Of a stretch of DNA of 64,000 nt, positions 1 to 14,524 are shown piece after piece (within the stretch, counting starts at the first letter, position 1; each line of letters begins with the position of its first letter). The stretch is from Trichoplax sp. H2 (Eukaryota): assembly GCA_003344405.1 (NCBI GenBank), contig NOWV01000010.1, positions 992,001-1,056,000 on the forward strand. Reading direction: 5' to 3'. A program made the translations under genes and the position numbers. The notes under the pieces are model-generated. The model made no database searches. It had not been told where the DNA came from and worked only from the letters and a program-made list of their open reading frames with translations.

Positions 1-421
1 TATTACAACAAAGGGTTTATAAAAGTTATGCTTTATTGTAGGTTAGTAATGTGAAGTACAGTGAGGTAGTTACGGTAGATCAGCGTGCAAGCTGTCGTGA
101 GTAACGAGTAGAAGTATTAGACTGTGAGAGACTAACTAGAAGACTAACTGAGAGGCTAATGAACTCTGAGGTAGAAATCGCTGGTATTTATAGTTTTAAA
201 GATAGAGCACATGTAGAGAATAGGATTGTGGAATTAGATACAACATATACCATAACAGGTTACAAAATAGCAGATGATTGTAGAAAAACAGCGAGTACCG
301 TAATAACTAAATACAGTAGTCTATATATGAATGTAGAGTAAGCGGACTGTAGATCTGTCTAAATATAAGAGCAATACAACATGTCTATATTTAAGAGTAG
401 AATATAGTTACAGTATATTCT
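1..421 (-). mobile_element. Partial copy of a probable LTR (same family as 40740-41225), cut by the window edge and an assembly gap
   Basis: 1-421 aligns to 40794-41213 with about 15 differences by eye. Minus-strand TATAAATA (185-192) and AATAAA (32-37) are present in both copies. Confidence 0.7.
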
Positions 422-441
422 NNNNNNNNNNNNNNNNNNNN
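422..441. other. Assembly gap (20 N)
   Basis: Run of n directly after the repeat copy. Confidence 1.
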
Positions 442-2728
442 GCTAGATCCATAATATCTTATATTATAGAAGTCTTGTTCCGTTGATACTAGTGTGAGTA
501 ATTTGATTCTTTAATTTCGCTCTACGGAGCGCTAATAACCTCTTGTTACAACATTTACAATCTATTAGACTACTGCCACTATCAAAGGATTACAGTATAT
601 ACGTATATTCGTAGAGTGTATTCTCACTGTTCTCTGCAGCAACTTATGTATGCATATATTTTATTTCTATAGGACATGTAAGATATTTTTTCATCTGGCT
701 CAAGACAAAATAAAAATTTTAATAGTTTATAAGGACGATGAAGTTATATACAATATTTAAAACGATAACAATACTATGTTTCATTTTTATATTTCAACTG
801 AGTACGTATAATATTTTCCTATCCTTTTTAAAAGGTTGCATGATATATTGTGATTAGAAAATTCTTCCTGGTCGTAAGAAACAATCAAATTGTATCACAA
901 TAATAATCGATTCATAGTTGCTGCAATAGAATTAATGCTGTGATTTCATCTAGATTAAACTTTACTTGATACATTTGATATTTTACTAATCTTGTTTAAA
1001 CTAAAATTATATTTAGCAACATGACATTCTTACAGGTGGTAAGATGTAGTATGACAAAATTATATCTCAATAATAATAATAATAACAGCTGCTATAATAA
1101 AAAATATGAAGCTTTATTATATGGACAATCACAGTGAATAAGTGATTTATTTTTTGTTATATTGTATGTTATCCTCCTTTGAAATATATTGATTGCATAT
1201 TATATTATTTCTGACCGGAGACAACAATAAAGTTAAATAGTCGACGTAACATCATGATATAAATTATCTGATTTAATGCTCTATTTATGATAGTGGTTAT
1301 AATTCAAAGTCGTAATTTCTTATTCTCATGGATTTTATTTAAGACTTTAATATTGTTGTCATTCATATTATGAAAGTAATAAATAAAATAGATGTCTTAA
1401 GCTTGAATCAGACTAATGAATGATATCTAATTAGAATGATAATATATCGCTTTAATATAATATACTAGTATTACATAATGTCGTCGAACTTTTTTAATTA
1501 ATCGAAGTAAACAAAAAATTGAAGGTCAAAATTTTTCTTGATTTCTCTTGCTGGGGTAGTGCCTCAATAAATATTTTTAAAACAGTATAAGGGTGCCTAC
1601 AGTTAAATCTCATATATCTAACCTAACTTACGCTAATTCAATTACAATAATTTTGTCGATTTCATAATATCTATCAACTCAATTTCTTATTTCCCTATAT
1701 ACTGTGAACAATGTGCGCGATTGACTTTCAAAAATGGCTTAATGATTAAATTGTAACTACCTTAGTGGAGCAGATGTCATCTAATTCAGCCTATTTAATC
1801 CAGATTGAATGCAATGGCTTATTCCATGAAATATAACAATAGAGTGTGAACATAGATTGAATAATTGGAGCTAATAATTTTTTATGATATTTAACTTGCT
1901 CCTACGTATAATTAGTACTTTTCAAATTTTCAGCAAAACATCGCTGTTGGACACCACCACTATTAAGGTAAACATACGGTACAAGAAGATATTAACGGAC
2001 AATTGCAGAGTACAGTATACAATTTAGTCATAGTGATGTAGGGAAACACTTCAATTTGTTACAGTATTACAGTAGTTCATCCATGCAATTACCTGAAAGT
2101 AATGCGCACTGAATATAAATTATCGGTAATTACTACAATAGTAAAAAGTATTGATCATCATAATTGAGACTTTAGCGTCTATTACAGTATACATAGAAAT
2201 ATACAGGTATCGTATTTAATTTCAGTACATCTGCTAAATCTTAACGTAGTAATTAGTAATTGATATAATCATCTTAAAGAATTCAATTATCATAACCGTG
2301 AATTAGCAACACCCTCTGCTTTGATATACTGTAACATTAATACAAGTTTTAAATTTCTTTTCTGAAGAGTCGTTGATCGCTAATAAAATAGAAACATTAC
2401 GATATGAAATAAACGTAGGTGTACGCAAAGTCCATTAATAGCAGATTTAAGGGAAAAGAAAGCGTTGGAGCTACAACTATCTGGCCCGGTTGATCATAAT
2501 TGAAACTGAATTATAATCACCGTACTGTATCATTGATTTCTGATTAATATAAAGTACGACAACTAATCCCGAAGTACATATTTGTATGTATTCTAGAATA
2601 CGAGAGCATATAACGACTCAAATTGGGAACGGCACAATAAAATAATTTTGTAACTTAAACTTAGTCAAAGATTTTAAGTAATGTGAAATTCTTTTGTTTA
2701 TTTATACAAATCTTATTACAATCGTTTT

Positions 2729-5700
2729 CTAGCAAGATCGTCTATTTTTTAGATCAACTTGATCATAAAAATGAAATCCAGTTTTTCGCTTCTTGTTTAC
2801 TTCCTGTCTCTATAGGTATATTATTTAGACAATGTCAGAATCTGTTTTCATATGGCTAAGCATAATATCCACCGTAAAACTTATTTACAATGCCAATACC
2901 TTATATGGTTTATTAGAATTTCTCTTAGCACCTTTTCTATTTGCTTCTAATCGAGGTAGGAATCGAACAATTACGTACGGAAAGGAATAAAAATGTATAC
3001 TACAAATACCTAGTCGCAAAAGTAATAGAAAATTTACTTTCATTTCTTTAATTAGAATCATACTCACTTGATGTTGAATATTCATCGTCTCTTATATCAG
3101 CTTCTGGAGAATCACCTTTTGCAACAACGCAAATAACATTGTTTTTCGAGTAGACTTCATACGTCGACGTTGGTCGTTTTACATTTGATATATCAGTGTC
3201 CAAAGGATCATTTATACTTTTATTACTAGATAGATCAGTATTCAGATGAACATCACCAGATAGCTCGGTATCGTCGTCGCCATCCGATAATGTGCTTGAA
3301 GTCTCACTCTTTTCATCAGTTTTAAGGTCGTTATCTTCTTTATCCGAAGGACAAACCTCAAGATTGTTCTCCAAGCTTTCTAAAGTTGTATCCTTTAATG
3401 TAAGAACACCTTCAGAATTATCAGTAGAAATTTTTTTATCGGATAGAATGGCCTCTTTTGTTTCAGTGACCTGCTCGTCATCCAATTTCGGAGGAGAAAC
3501 AAAATAGGGTAATTTACCACGCTGCCAGTCATTGAGAATCATACGCGCAACCGAATTAAGATCACATTCTCCTCCCTGTTAGTTAAGGCAGAAAATAAGT
3601 GAAGTCTAGTTACAAAATCATTGGAGAGAACCTTTTCGGTACCTTTAATAGCTTGCCAGCTTTCTTAGCGATTTGCTCCAGGAAGTGTACAGCATCGTTC
3701 CAAGGCTGAATTTTATACGTGTTGAGTATATATTCAGGTTTGACTCTATCCAGAACGGCCTGAATATATTGAGAAGGTTCCTTTACTTTCTCTACTCGAA
3801 CCTAATTAATATGGAATAGGTACCAATAGGATAATTTAAGATACTACGATTCTTAGATGTTTAGTCTTGTCAATTAATTACCAGAATATCTCAACTTACA
3901 ACACCCTTAAGGATGATATCTGTTTCAGAGTCATCTGCAGGATATACGACACCAGGACAATCAATCAAAAAAATTCTCTTCATAAGAGTGATATACTGCC
4001 ACACCTGAAAATAATTATAGAATTTTTTTCAAAATTAACTATAAGTGGTGGATAATCGCCGTTTACTCTGTGACCCATTTCCTATGTATATTTTCTAAGC
4101 ATATTTGTAGAATATTGATCATATACATACTTTAGTTTCTCCGGCAATAGGAGCCACGCTACAGACCTTTTTGGCTCTTAGTGCATTAATTACAGAGCTT
4201 TTCCCAACATTTGGATATCCGATAAATCCAACACTACAACGTATGATCGATTTCATGATAACATAAGTATTACGAAATACAACAACAAATACATGAGTAT
4301 TTAGAATTACCTGATTTGTTTTTTATCCTTATGAAGCTGTCAAATGAGTACAAATTATATTAGCTTACTTCAAGTGGTAATAATGTTATGTGAATGCAAG
4401 TATGCATTAGACTTTCATAATTGCACTACGCAAGTCATTTTAAGAAGTCAAAGTTATAAAGGAATAGTATAGTATGATGTTAGATGAATATGACAACGAA
4501 ATTAGTTACCTTCCCAAATTGACGCAGCACATTAATTAATGATCCTTTACCAAAGGGATTTGTCATACTAGCATGAAAAGCAACAGTTGGCTTTTCCTTC
4601 GATAAGATTCCAACCCAACGTGACTATGAAAAGTAATCAGTTAAATCGGGAATAAGTAAATATGTATAATACCTAAACATGATCTTATCAAAAGCTGCTA
4701 AGGATCTGACGATTCACTCTAACTTCTATGTAATATAAAAGACTTGAAATGGTTTCTACTGATGTATAACTTACAGTTGCCCAAGTAGGTACAAGATCAC
4801 ATTTATTTAAAATGAAAATGAGATTTTTATGAGGCTTTTCCTTCGCGAGATAATTTTCTACATTCTTGCAGCGTGTTCCCATTGGATCTCTAGCATCCAA
4901 AACCTAATGAAAGTTCAAAGTGTTCACGTGCATTTACATGAATAAGGATATGTGATACCGGTTTTTAAAGAGGTAGAAGCAAGAATGAACGTAGTACCTC
5001 CGCTATAACGTCTGACGAATCGATCACCTATAATTAGTGAATAAGTGAAAAATAGTTTTAATTAAAAAGGTAGATGAGTACTTGATAGTTTACCGTTGTA
5101 CTATAACTGCATTACCTTATAGAGTTCATTCCAAATACGTTTAGATTGTCCAGCTGTAAATATCATCTCTTGAGTTTCATCTCTATATACATAGAATGTA
5201 ACAGACATTGAGCACGTAATTTGAAAAGGCAAAAGAGCACTATAAACAAATATTGTCAGAATAGGATGCGTTTTTCTACTTTGTATCCGGAGTTGCACGT
5301 TCTAAATCTTTATCTTGATTAGCATCGTAACTATCTGTTATATTAATAAAGATTCTGTCAAAAAATAAATTCAAAAGATTTATTATTCTGTAGCAATTTA
5401 CATACCGGTAGCCTTTTGAATTTGATCGACGTAACTCTGTATTATTAATTAGGGAGAGTATAATCGAGGCAGTTAGTTTAAAGCACTAGTGCTTCGGTAA
5501 TATAGTATATGCAATTTTATTAAATCTTGCCTGGAGGTCCTCTGACTGTATAGAAGGCTTCTTACGACGAGCTTTTGGACCAAAGGTATTTTCGAAACTC
5601 TCTACATCAAGAATATGAGCTCGATTTTTCTGCTCAATAAATTAATGCAATATTCTTAATATTAATATAAATAGTTACCATCATCACATTGAATAGTTTT

Positions 5701-7715
5701 ATAATCAGTAAAATTTAGACCACAAGATAAAATTGTGCCCTACCAACTAATACGTACCTTGGTACTTTCTCTTAATAGTGACATTGGTAATTTGCTTTGT
5801 CGTAAAATTACCTTCAGTATGGATAAAGGAACATTATTTAGATGTAAAGCTGATTTTATTAGGAACTTATGCTATTACTGGCGTGACACAGTGTATTGCA
5901 TAGCAACATTAGTTGCTGTAACTTCACTATCAGAAAGCCTACGGAATAACTGATATTCCTTCAATAACTGCACAGGATAGTCAGATACCAAACAGTAGTA
6001 CATAAATATGTAAACGTAACTACATGCTTTACCTGAAATGGATCCTTAGATACTTTACCCATTTCAGCCTGAAATTTTTGTAATGCATTTTGAGCAATTA
6101 CTTTCGTATTACCTAAATAAGAGAATATCTACATGTAAATACTTCTTTTAAAGAGGCATCATTTGGTTATTGCTTCAGCTAACTGGACAATGCATCACTT
6201 TGCTATGTAAATACAACAAGTATATTTAAAACACTATTAGCATATACAGTAGTGCACTGTAATGCAGTTTAATATTTCAAATATCGTCCAACGAGCATTT
6301 TTGTAATCACATTATCATAATTTATCCTTTGGAACTGCACGATAAATTTTTATCTATTTAGCTAAACTTACGATATTAACTGACTGATTGATATTTTATA
6401 TCACGTATTTACATAAATGGGGAATAGGACGTTGGCAATTGCAGACTAATAATAATTTTGTTATTGGAATAGAACTGGGCGAGGGCAAATATACATACCG
6501 AACCACTTTCGATTAGGTTCAATCCTAGCAACGCTTCCACTTTCAGCGTACGATTGGAATGCAGCTCGCTTTACTATTTTTCCAGATGAATTTCTAAAGA
6601 ATATGTGTGATTATTGAAATTTGCAGATGAAGGTGGCTAGTAAATTAGGCACATAGAACCGCTAAGGTTTGCGAAGATTCGTCATGCTGAAGAAAGTTCA
6701 CTTCTTATGCTACCTTATAAATTGTAATAATGTAGTTCAATAATCTAAATCAATCAATATACCTTCTAGATCTGCCAGTATCTCGGTACATATTAAGACG
6801 TTTAACCGTAGCCTTATCGCGCATTCTGCTGCCTGCGGCCGGCTTGGGACGATCTAGAAAAATTTAGCCAGATAGCAATATTATAATATCTGTGGCGCCT
6901 ATGTGTACTACTGTATTATAGCGATGCAATCTTAGCAAGATAGAATAAATCTATAGAGCAGTACATAACTGACAGCAACACTAGCTTCATTAAGGACCAA
7001 TGTGGTAAATTAGATTGAAACGGTTTAATGTGCGTGTATAGTCGCTTCAATTGTATTTGCGGAACTTAAAATATTGTAGTAACTAAACACTACTTCCATT
7101 AAGCGTGTACGAACAGTATACTGTAATAAGTTAGGCCGATATCAGAAGAAAACACCTTGAACATGGTATCGAGCTGCACACTAGCTATTCTTTTAACATT
7201 CAAACACAACAAATTTCACTCAGCCATTGACGCAGTACAATGATATACAATCTTCAATTTGTATCAAATGTTCTTCTCAATGGCATACGTGTACACAGTC
7301 AGTAGAATTTAGAATTACAAGAATTTATCGTGGTGGTTGGCAAGGTTTGTGATGCGATCATTATACCAAGCTTGGTATCAATTACTAGAGAATATCAAAC
7401 GCATTGTTTGACTTGTTAATTATTAACAACAATTTTGATGGCAAGGTAAGATGAGCCATTCCGAGCAATATAGGGAAATAATGACTTTCTTTATTCCACT
7501 TTTAACAGATCCTTGTTATTATAATTTGTCCTCACTGTCAATGAAGATCATTCTACTTTGCTCTACAAGTGATCGCATCGTTGTAGTTTCGAGGTTTTTT
7601 TAGAGCCGCACTTCCACATCTACGAGTCATGCGTTTTACCTGGATTTGTACTAGCAGTTGATTTATTAAATGTAGCATCGCCGCCCGATTTTTTGCTCCG
7701 TTTTCTGTTACCCAT
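2729..7715 (-). CDS. GNL2: Nucleolar GTP-binding protein 2 (Nog2/NGP-1), circularly permuted GTPase, multi-exon
   Basis: Exon 1 (7640-7715) reads MGNRKRSKK...KSTASTNP, then DRPK...[71 protein letters not shown] and [13 protein letters not shown]. The last exon reads [18 protein letters not shown] (stop 2729-2731). Confidence 0.96.
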
Positions 7716-8679
7716 GATGGCAATTTAAATAAATATATCAGTGAATCAATCTTTCAATTAAATTAGAGGCCGGAAACTTGATCGATATTCCACGGCTTGA
7801 TGTACAGTACTGTCATGGCTAGAGAATGCAGCAATCGTCATCGTCAGCCATACGCATGCGTATACAGTACAACATCGGCACATGTCATTCCGAAACAGTA
7901 TCGTACTATAGTGAAGTCGATTGCTGTTCAAGGCGTTTCAGCGATGTGTTTATACTTGCTATACTGTACAGTATAATATTTTAGCGTCCAGGCTACAGTA
8001 CACTATTATTAAGCTTATGGGAAAGACCACGCCGACGAAAGGCGTTCAGCGAGCTCCGGGGCTGCAACCTGCATGAATGAAAGCTGATCATCTGTTGATT
8101 TTGCTACCTTGCAACCAATCTATGAAATAGCTCTTGGGTTAGTTTGCTTTCTAATTCTTTGCATGGCAAGATCTGACAGTCTTGGAAGCATAACTCACAT
8201 TGAATAATTGACACTGTACTTTAAATGGTAGTTTAAATAAGCGTATTCAACGTAATACAGTAGAGTATTGTAGGTTGGTCAATTGCTAACAAGAGCAGGT
8301 ATGCAACTTGCAAGGATTAGACTTTTAATTTAATTTGAATTTATTGATGATACTCTATATTTTCTTTGTTATCCGCAACGGCTAGCTATCATTCCTTCCT
8401 TAGTTTTTGCTATGATTACGCATTTATTACAAGAATAATATTCATAGCTCGGTCTGATCATGAAACACCTCCCCTTTAGTCGTACTCTTAGTAACAGATT
8501 GGCACGTACAGTTTCATGCGGACAAGGCGACAATAGGATACGTATTTACGATAACAGTTTTGATCTGCTCATGTTATTCCTGACAACTACTGCATCTGGC
8601 ATGACTAGACAAGCATAAGAACTGTAATTTATTATAACGCTAAATATTACAACTACAATGTTGAAAATTATAGGAAAAC
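7716..8679. promoter_or_regulatory. Divergent (likely bidirectional) promoter region between GNL2 and AGPAT5, probably including an AGPAT5 5'UTR exon/intron
   Basis: Head-to-head start codons lie <1 kb apart. There is a CCGGAA (ETS-like) motif near 7770, clustered TACAGTA/TACTGTA motifs at 7800-8000, and an AG acceptor just before the AGPAT5 ATG. Confidence 0.55.
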
Positions 8680-11600
8680 ATGGTCTTACAATCGATTATA
8701 GTTTCTACAAGAAGTCTGAATTGGTGTGTGCCGGCTGTTGGCCTACTTACCGCTGCCCCGGGGTACTTTATAGCATTTTCGACTGCTAAGATGCTAACAT
8801 GTCTATTGCCTCAGCGGTTCTATGATAAACTAGATTCCGTTATGTATGACTCCTATCAGAAATTAGCTCTCTTCTTTTTCGAATCTTACTCCGGAGCTGA
8901 CGTAAGTTGATTAGCTACAGTACTAATGTAGACTACGGTAGCAGGCTTATTCAGCGGGACTAGTAAAGCCCAGTACAACAATACCTGTATTGAGATACTA
9001 ATTGATTAATCCATCAACATCTCTTGCTGCATGATATAAATGAATCGATTGCTACACATTACTCTTATTCCATGCAGTAGATGAAGTCATGTAATCAAAC
9101 TAACAGTGACTAAAGTTGAAACTTACCTCAAATCTTTGACAGCTTTAGTGAAGATAAGTAGCTTGAAAAGCTACTTATCAAACGCTATAAATTGCAGAGT
9201 ATGATAGAGCGACGCAACATTAACTTAATTCTGTCACGGAATATCAATTTTTATATATTGATAGAGCGGTTTACTTTATTAAATAACCCATAATCTTTTC
9301 GTATAAAATTGTGGTAGTTGGTGTGCAGTAGGAACAATATTTAATGTCACAGATTAATTAAACTACGTGTACTGTACATAGTGATAGCAATTACTTTCAA
9401 AAGCGAATTCCCTCGAAATGATTACGTACTCTTAATTCAGTGACGTCTGTAAGATCTGTACATGGATTGCTAAATTACTATAATAATTTAATATTCCATG
9501 ACTACATTGTACTACATTAATTATTGCATAAACAATATCAGATATGCGTTTGGGCACTTCGACTTGCAATCAGATTCACTTTAGCTCTATAGCTCACATA
9601 TCGGTCAATGGAGGGCAAGTATATAATTATAATTATTGATGATTTTGTTCATTTTTTACTCTAAAGATTGTCATCAGTGGAGATAAGCCTGATGGAAAAG
9701 AAAATGTGCTTTTCATTAGCAATCATCAATCGACCAGTGAGTAACATTGTTTCATCACTAACTGTAAATATGTGATTGCAATTCGAGGCATTGTGCTTAT
9801 TATTTAGAGCAAATTGCTGATCAACTTCATACTGCAATGCTATATGAATAACGTGGTATAGTACTGTATCGTGTCCTCGGAGTGTACCAATATTATTAAA
9901 CACATAGTTATTGTATCTTAGTTGAGAATTGCTATTCAGAATTTAAAATATAGCATAGGGAACAACGGGTATACTATATGTTATCTTTATCCTAAACTAA
10001 GAGATCGTATTATAATACCGTACAATTATATCAATTTCAATAAGTTCTTCCTTTAACACAGTGGATTGGGTCATCGTTGACATGGTTGCAGCTCGCTTCG
10101 GCTGTATTGGGAGAGTTAGATATATTCTGAAGGACGAATTAAAATTTATACCGTTGTACGGATTATATTTTCGGCAGGTAATCCAGTAACTGTAAGAGCT
10201 AAATTATTGCAGTAATCAGTGAAAGATGGATAAATGGGTAGATAGCTACAAACTTTCACATTATAAAATTTCCTGCATAAATTTGATACGTTTAACAAAT
10301 TATACTGTATTTTAATATCTTTCATTATCAAATTTTTATCACATTCAATTCTTACTGTATAGCACGGATGTCTGTACTTGAAGAGACAGAAGCAGTGGAA
10401 TCGAGAAAAGTTTATAAGGTACTCGTAATTATATATCATATTGCTAATGCTACGCTGCTGTTCGATTTGTGAAAATGAAAGATAGGGTACGAAAGTCAGT
10501 AGTTCTATAAACTAAAATTTTTGTATTTCGAATTCATGGATGTAAAATGCATATTAAAATTTCTTGTAGAATAACTTGAAATATTGAAGTCAACATTTAG
10601 ATATATTCTTTTATTTATAACTAGATACAGCTTTAAATTAGATTTTATCTATATCGATTCTTGTTTAATTAAAGGACATTTCATTTGATATTTTGCTTTA
10701 TTATTCCACACTTAGACAGCTAGATTCATATAAAGAAACTAAAATTCCGGTAAGTTACCTTTACTTGAAAATGTATTTTTACATATGGCACGTCAATGTC
10801 TTGTAAGCGATTAATAGTCAATCCAGAGTAATAATTATAAGAGTGCGCTTCAATTCGAATATGTCTTCTCGTTATTTCTTACGTATTCTTATTACTTGCT
10901 GTCTTCTAAAATTTTAAACAGTTGTGGTTAGTGGTATTTCCTGAGGGTACCCGTTTTAATATCACTAGGAAGGATGTACTTGAAAAGAGTCAAAATTATG
11001 CATTAGATCTTGGTATAAAACTTTCACTAATTTGTTTAATTTTTACCTTGTAAATCATATTCCCTTTCCGATATCGTATGGATACTTGAGATTTTCCATC
11101 TATATTCGCGTATGACTTGATAACAAAGAGTTTGAATTGCTTTCTTTATTAGGCTTACCTGTTCTATCTCAAGTACTTACTCCTAGAACAAAAGCTACCG
11201 AAGTAAATTGATCTTCGTATATTAATTTCTGAAGTCGACTCTTACTTTACTCGTTTTAAATATGAATATACTTATGGATAACTTTTCTATAGGTCAGTAT
11301 GGAGAGGCTGGGAGAATATTTTGATGCTGTATACGATATAACGATAGCTTATACAGATGATGCCAAAACTTATCAACAAGTAAGGGAACCCGCTCCTAGC
11401 ATGGGTGGTAAGTAGGTTGATACTAAATTAGGAAATTAATCGAAATAAACACATTTTTATAAATTTTACAAAAACTACGTTTATGTAGCTAATCTCGATC
11501 CTACGTATTACTTTCTTTTGTTGTCCTCTCTTATAGAGTTTTTTAATAATCCTAAGAGGAAATTACATATTTATTTACAACGCTACGCTACAAAGGATAT

Positions 11601-12111
11601 TCCGAAGGTATGTGGCAACAAAATTACTTGTTTTCATGTTAGTTTCTCATACCAATGTGTTTTCACAGGATATATCAAAAACGTTGGTATACAGCATTGA
11701 TCTACTACTGTTAGTCAATTATGGGTTTAGCATTCACTCTGTATTATTTATTAAAATGTCATTGATAGGATGAAGAGAGTCGAAAAAAATGGATATATGA
11801 CCTATTTTGTAAAAAAGAAAGGTAATGCCTTGATTTATGATAAAATCAGCTGTACTCATTCAATAACCAATATTAAATGCTATCATTTACTAATGCCTGG
11901 TAGGCTATTGGAAGATATGGTCCAGAACGGAAGATTTCCTGGGCCTGTTTGGTCTGGACCATTTCCTATTCTGTATACTCTACCTCATATAATACTATCT
12001 AGTGCTAGCCTTTACTTTATTCTAAGCAATAACAATACTCGAAAATCATTTTTTTATTTTACTATAGCAAGTATGTTCCTAACACCAGTCATATCATACT
12101 TTGCAATATAA
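8680..12111 (+). CDS. AGPAT5: 1-acyl-sn-glycerol-3-phosphate acyltransferase epsilon (LPAAT5), multi-exon
   Basis: The N-terminus resembles AGPAT5 (..LALFFFESYSGAD). Acyltransferase motifs present: ISNHQST/DW (~9715-10070), RYILKDELKFIPLYG, VVFPEGTRF (~10930), VLTPRTKA, DAVYDITIAY. Hydrophobic C-terminus with stop at 12109-12111. Confidence 0.93.
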
Positions 12112-13406
12112 TGTAGAACTTGAGTAGATAAGACTCCTAACTGCTACCCCATTTCAGACCTTTTTAATTTATTGCTTTTAATATACTTTCTATCAAATCG
12201 AAATTGTAATTAATGTTCCAATTTTATCTTTACCGCAAAGTTGTATCCTCTTAACTGTTTATGTAGAATTCTATTGACATGGGTAAAATTATTTTGCTTC
12301 TTGCTCAAGTGCTCGTTTGATACCGTGTTTTCAACTCAAAGTCATTATAACGCAGTAATACGATCATATACTGTTACTATGATTAAATTGTAGTTAAACG
12401 AATTATAAAGTAAAGTTTAAACGAGCTATCAAAAGTTAATATTCACTGCTTTTATTTAGGCAATCATATATCTATCAGACTAAGTAACAAAAAAGATAAA
12501 TTCAAGATGATTTAACTACTTTCCTCAGGCTATATTTTGTTGTAATGCAACATATTTAAGGTAGTTTACGTTTATAATGTGATACTATGCTCATTATTGA
12601 TTTCCTTATCATCAAGCTATTGCCGTTAGATGTCTATATATGGACTACTGTACTGTACAGGGGCTGATTTATTGTATTTCATATTGATGTTCTGTATGTT
12701 ATACGTGTATTCAATATCTGAAATTAGGACCATTATTACATAGACTGGGTGCAAAATCTTATTATCTTTTACTATGTAAAATCATCCTACGGCACGCTAT
12801 CGCATCCAATCGATTAGCCACGTACAATTCGATGTGCTAATGTTGGTGTTCTATAAGATATCCTATACGGTACTTCTGGGTTATTTTGCCTATTGTATAG
12901 TGGTTCATGATATACGTACAATAGTACAGTAAGGATATTTGAATTACCTACTGAAATTGACACTTACAAAGGGAATTTATTTTCTTGAAATCACATTACA
13001 CAACTGCACGTTAGGACCAATACTTCGACACATAAACGTAAGTATTATACGTGATGTCCTTCTGAACTCATGATTATCAAACTGACTATGTGAATGCATT
13101 TAACTCTATAAATGATGGTATCAAAGACATTATCACATCGAAAAATTGGCAATCCTATATATAAAGAGTCTTGACAAACATTGCTGTAATAACACTTGTA
13201 TTCAATATTGAGCTAAAACTCTTAAGCAGAGAATTAATTCTATTGAAATCATGCATGCAACTGCATATCATTCTCGATATTTCGACGCATAAAATCGTAC
13301 GAATTTTAATACAGATTATTCCTCCTATAGCTTAAGTACTGAAAATCTTACAACGCGATTTAGTTCCATTTTATTTTACGGAGTTTGGTACGTGACTACG
13401 CACCAA

Positions 13407-13740
13407 TGAATACTCTAATCCATAAAGCTAACAATGTGTATAGAATTCATTTTATCGAGGTCGTACCTAACTCCGCGTCAATGAATACTTTGACGCATAA
13501 GTCTGTCCATGTGTATAGAATTTATTTTATCGAAGTCGTACCTAACTCGACGTTAATGAACATTAAGACGCATAAAGCTAACTGTGCGTCAATGAATACT
13601 TTGACGTATAAGTCTGTCAATGTGTATAGAATTCATTTTATCGAAGTCGTACCTAACTGCGCCTCATTGAATACTTTAATGCATGAATCTAACAATGTAT
13701 ATAGTACTCCGCGTCAATAAATACTGTGAAGCATAAAAGT
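13407..13740. repeat. Imperfect tandem repeat, 75 bp unit (~4 copies, one truncated)
   Basis: Recurring atgaatact..cataa..tgtgtatagaatt.attttatcga.gtcgtacctaact..gc.tca. More diverged related segments lie at ~12960-13300 and ~13920. Confidence 0.85.
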
Positions 13741-14524
13741 CGCACGTGTTCAAGATGTGCCGTATCCTTCTGAACATAACGAAATTAAGCTATTTAGACG
13801 ACAGACTTTTTCTATATAAATCTATACGTTTTGCCATCAAATTTATTCTTTTCAATGCACAATTCAACGCATAATGGATCATAAAGTAGCTACACTCGGA
13901 TTAAGTACCAAACTTGAACAATTACAAAGAGAATTAATTTTATTGGAATCTTCATACCTTGCAACATCAAAGCAAGAATTAGTTGGAGAATTTGGCCAGT
14001 TATATCAACTACGACAATTATCGAAGTATTCAATTTAGTATTTTAAGCTCAGGCAGCGCTTTTTTAAGATTTCTTGCACTTTGGTAGTGTCGATATTTGA
14101 TATTGCGATAAATTTCACAGAAAAGATGAAGATTCTTTTAGCTTACACATTGACAAAATATTGATAATTATAGTATCCTACATTATTAACGCTGTCATTC
14201 TTCTTGCGATCAATAAAATAGAACTATGTAAATTACCATATTACATTGAATCTACAAATCATTAAAGCGGTTGATTTATATCAATAACATTATTAATATT
14301 ACTAAAAGAGTAGCTCAATTTTTTAAATATATATTCGACTAGCTTTCATTGCTAACAATACCGCAATATGTAAGAAATCACTCCTGGAATAAAGCCAGGC
14401 TAAATTTATCATAAATAGGGTGTTAGATACCATTTATATCCGTTTAACTTAGCTTTGTTATACCTTAACAAAGAGTAAATTTCTAATATACAACTTTAGT
14501 GAAAAAATAATACATGAATTACAG

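Noticed and set aside
159-341. 60 aa ORF
   Set aside because: Lies within the LTR-like repeat. The second copy lacks the ATG and has a 1 bp deletion.
442-2700. Internal retroelement or gene sequence after the gap
   Set aside because: No ORF of 60 aa or more in the track and no gag/pol motif recognised.
3292-3507. Antisense or alternate-frame ORFs over real exons (also 18723-19112, 26925-27251, 27131-27322, 50157-50549, 62059-62262)
   Set aside because: Shadows of GNL2, MIB1, Roco and RIOK1 exons with no independent motifs.
13385-13720. 111 aa repeat protein
   Set aside because: Non-ATG start in the ORF track, no homology recognised, and fully explained by the 75 bp DNA repeat.
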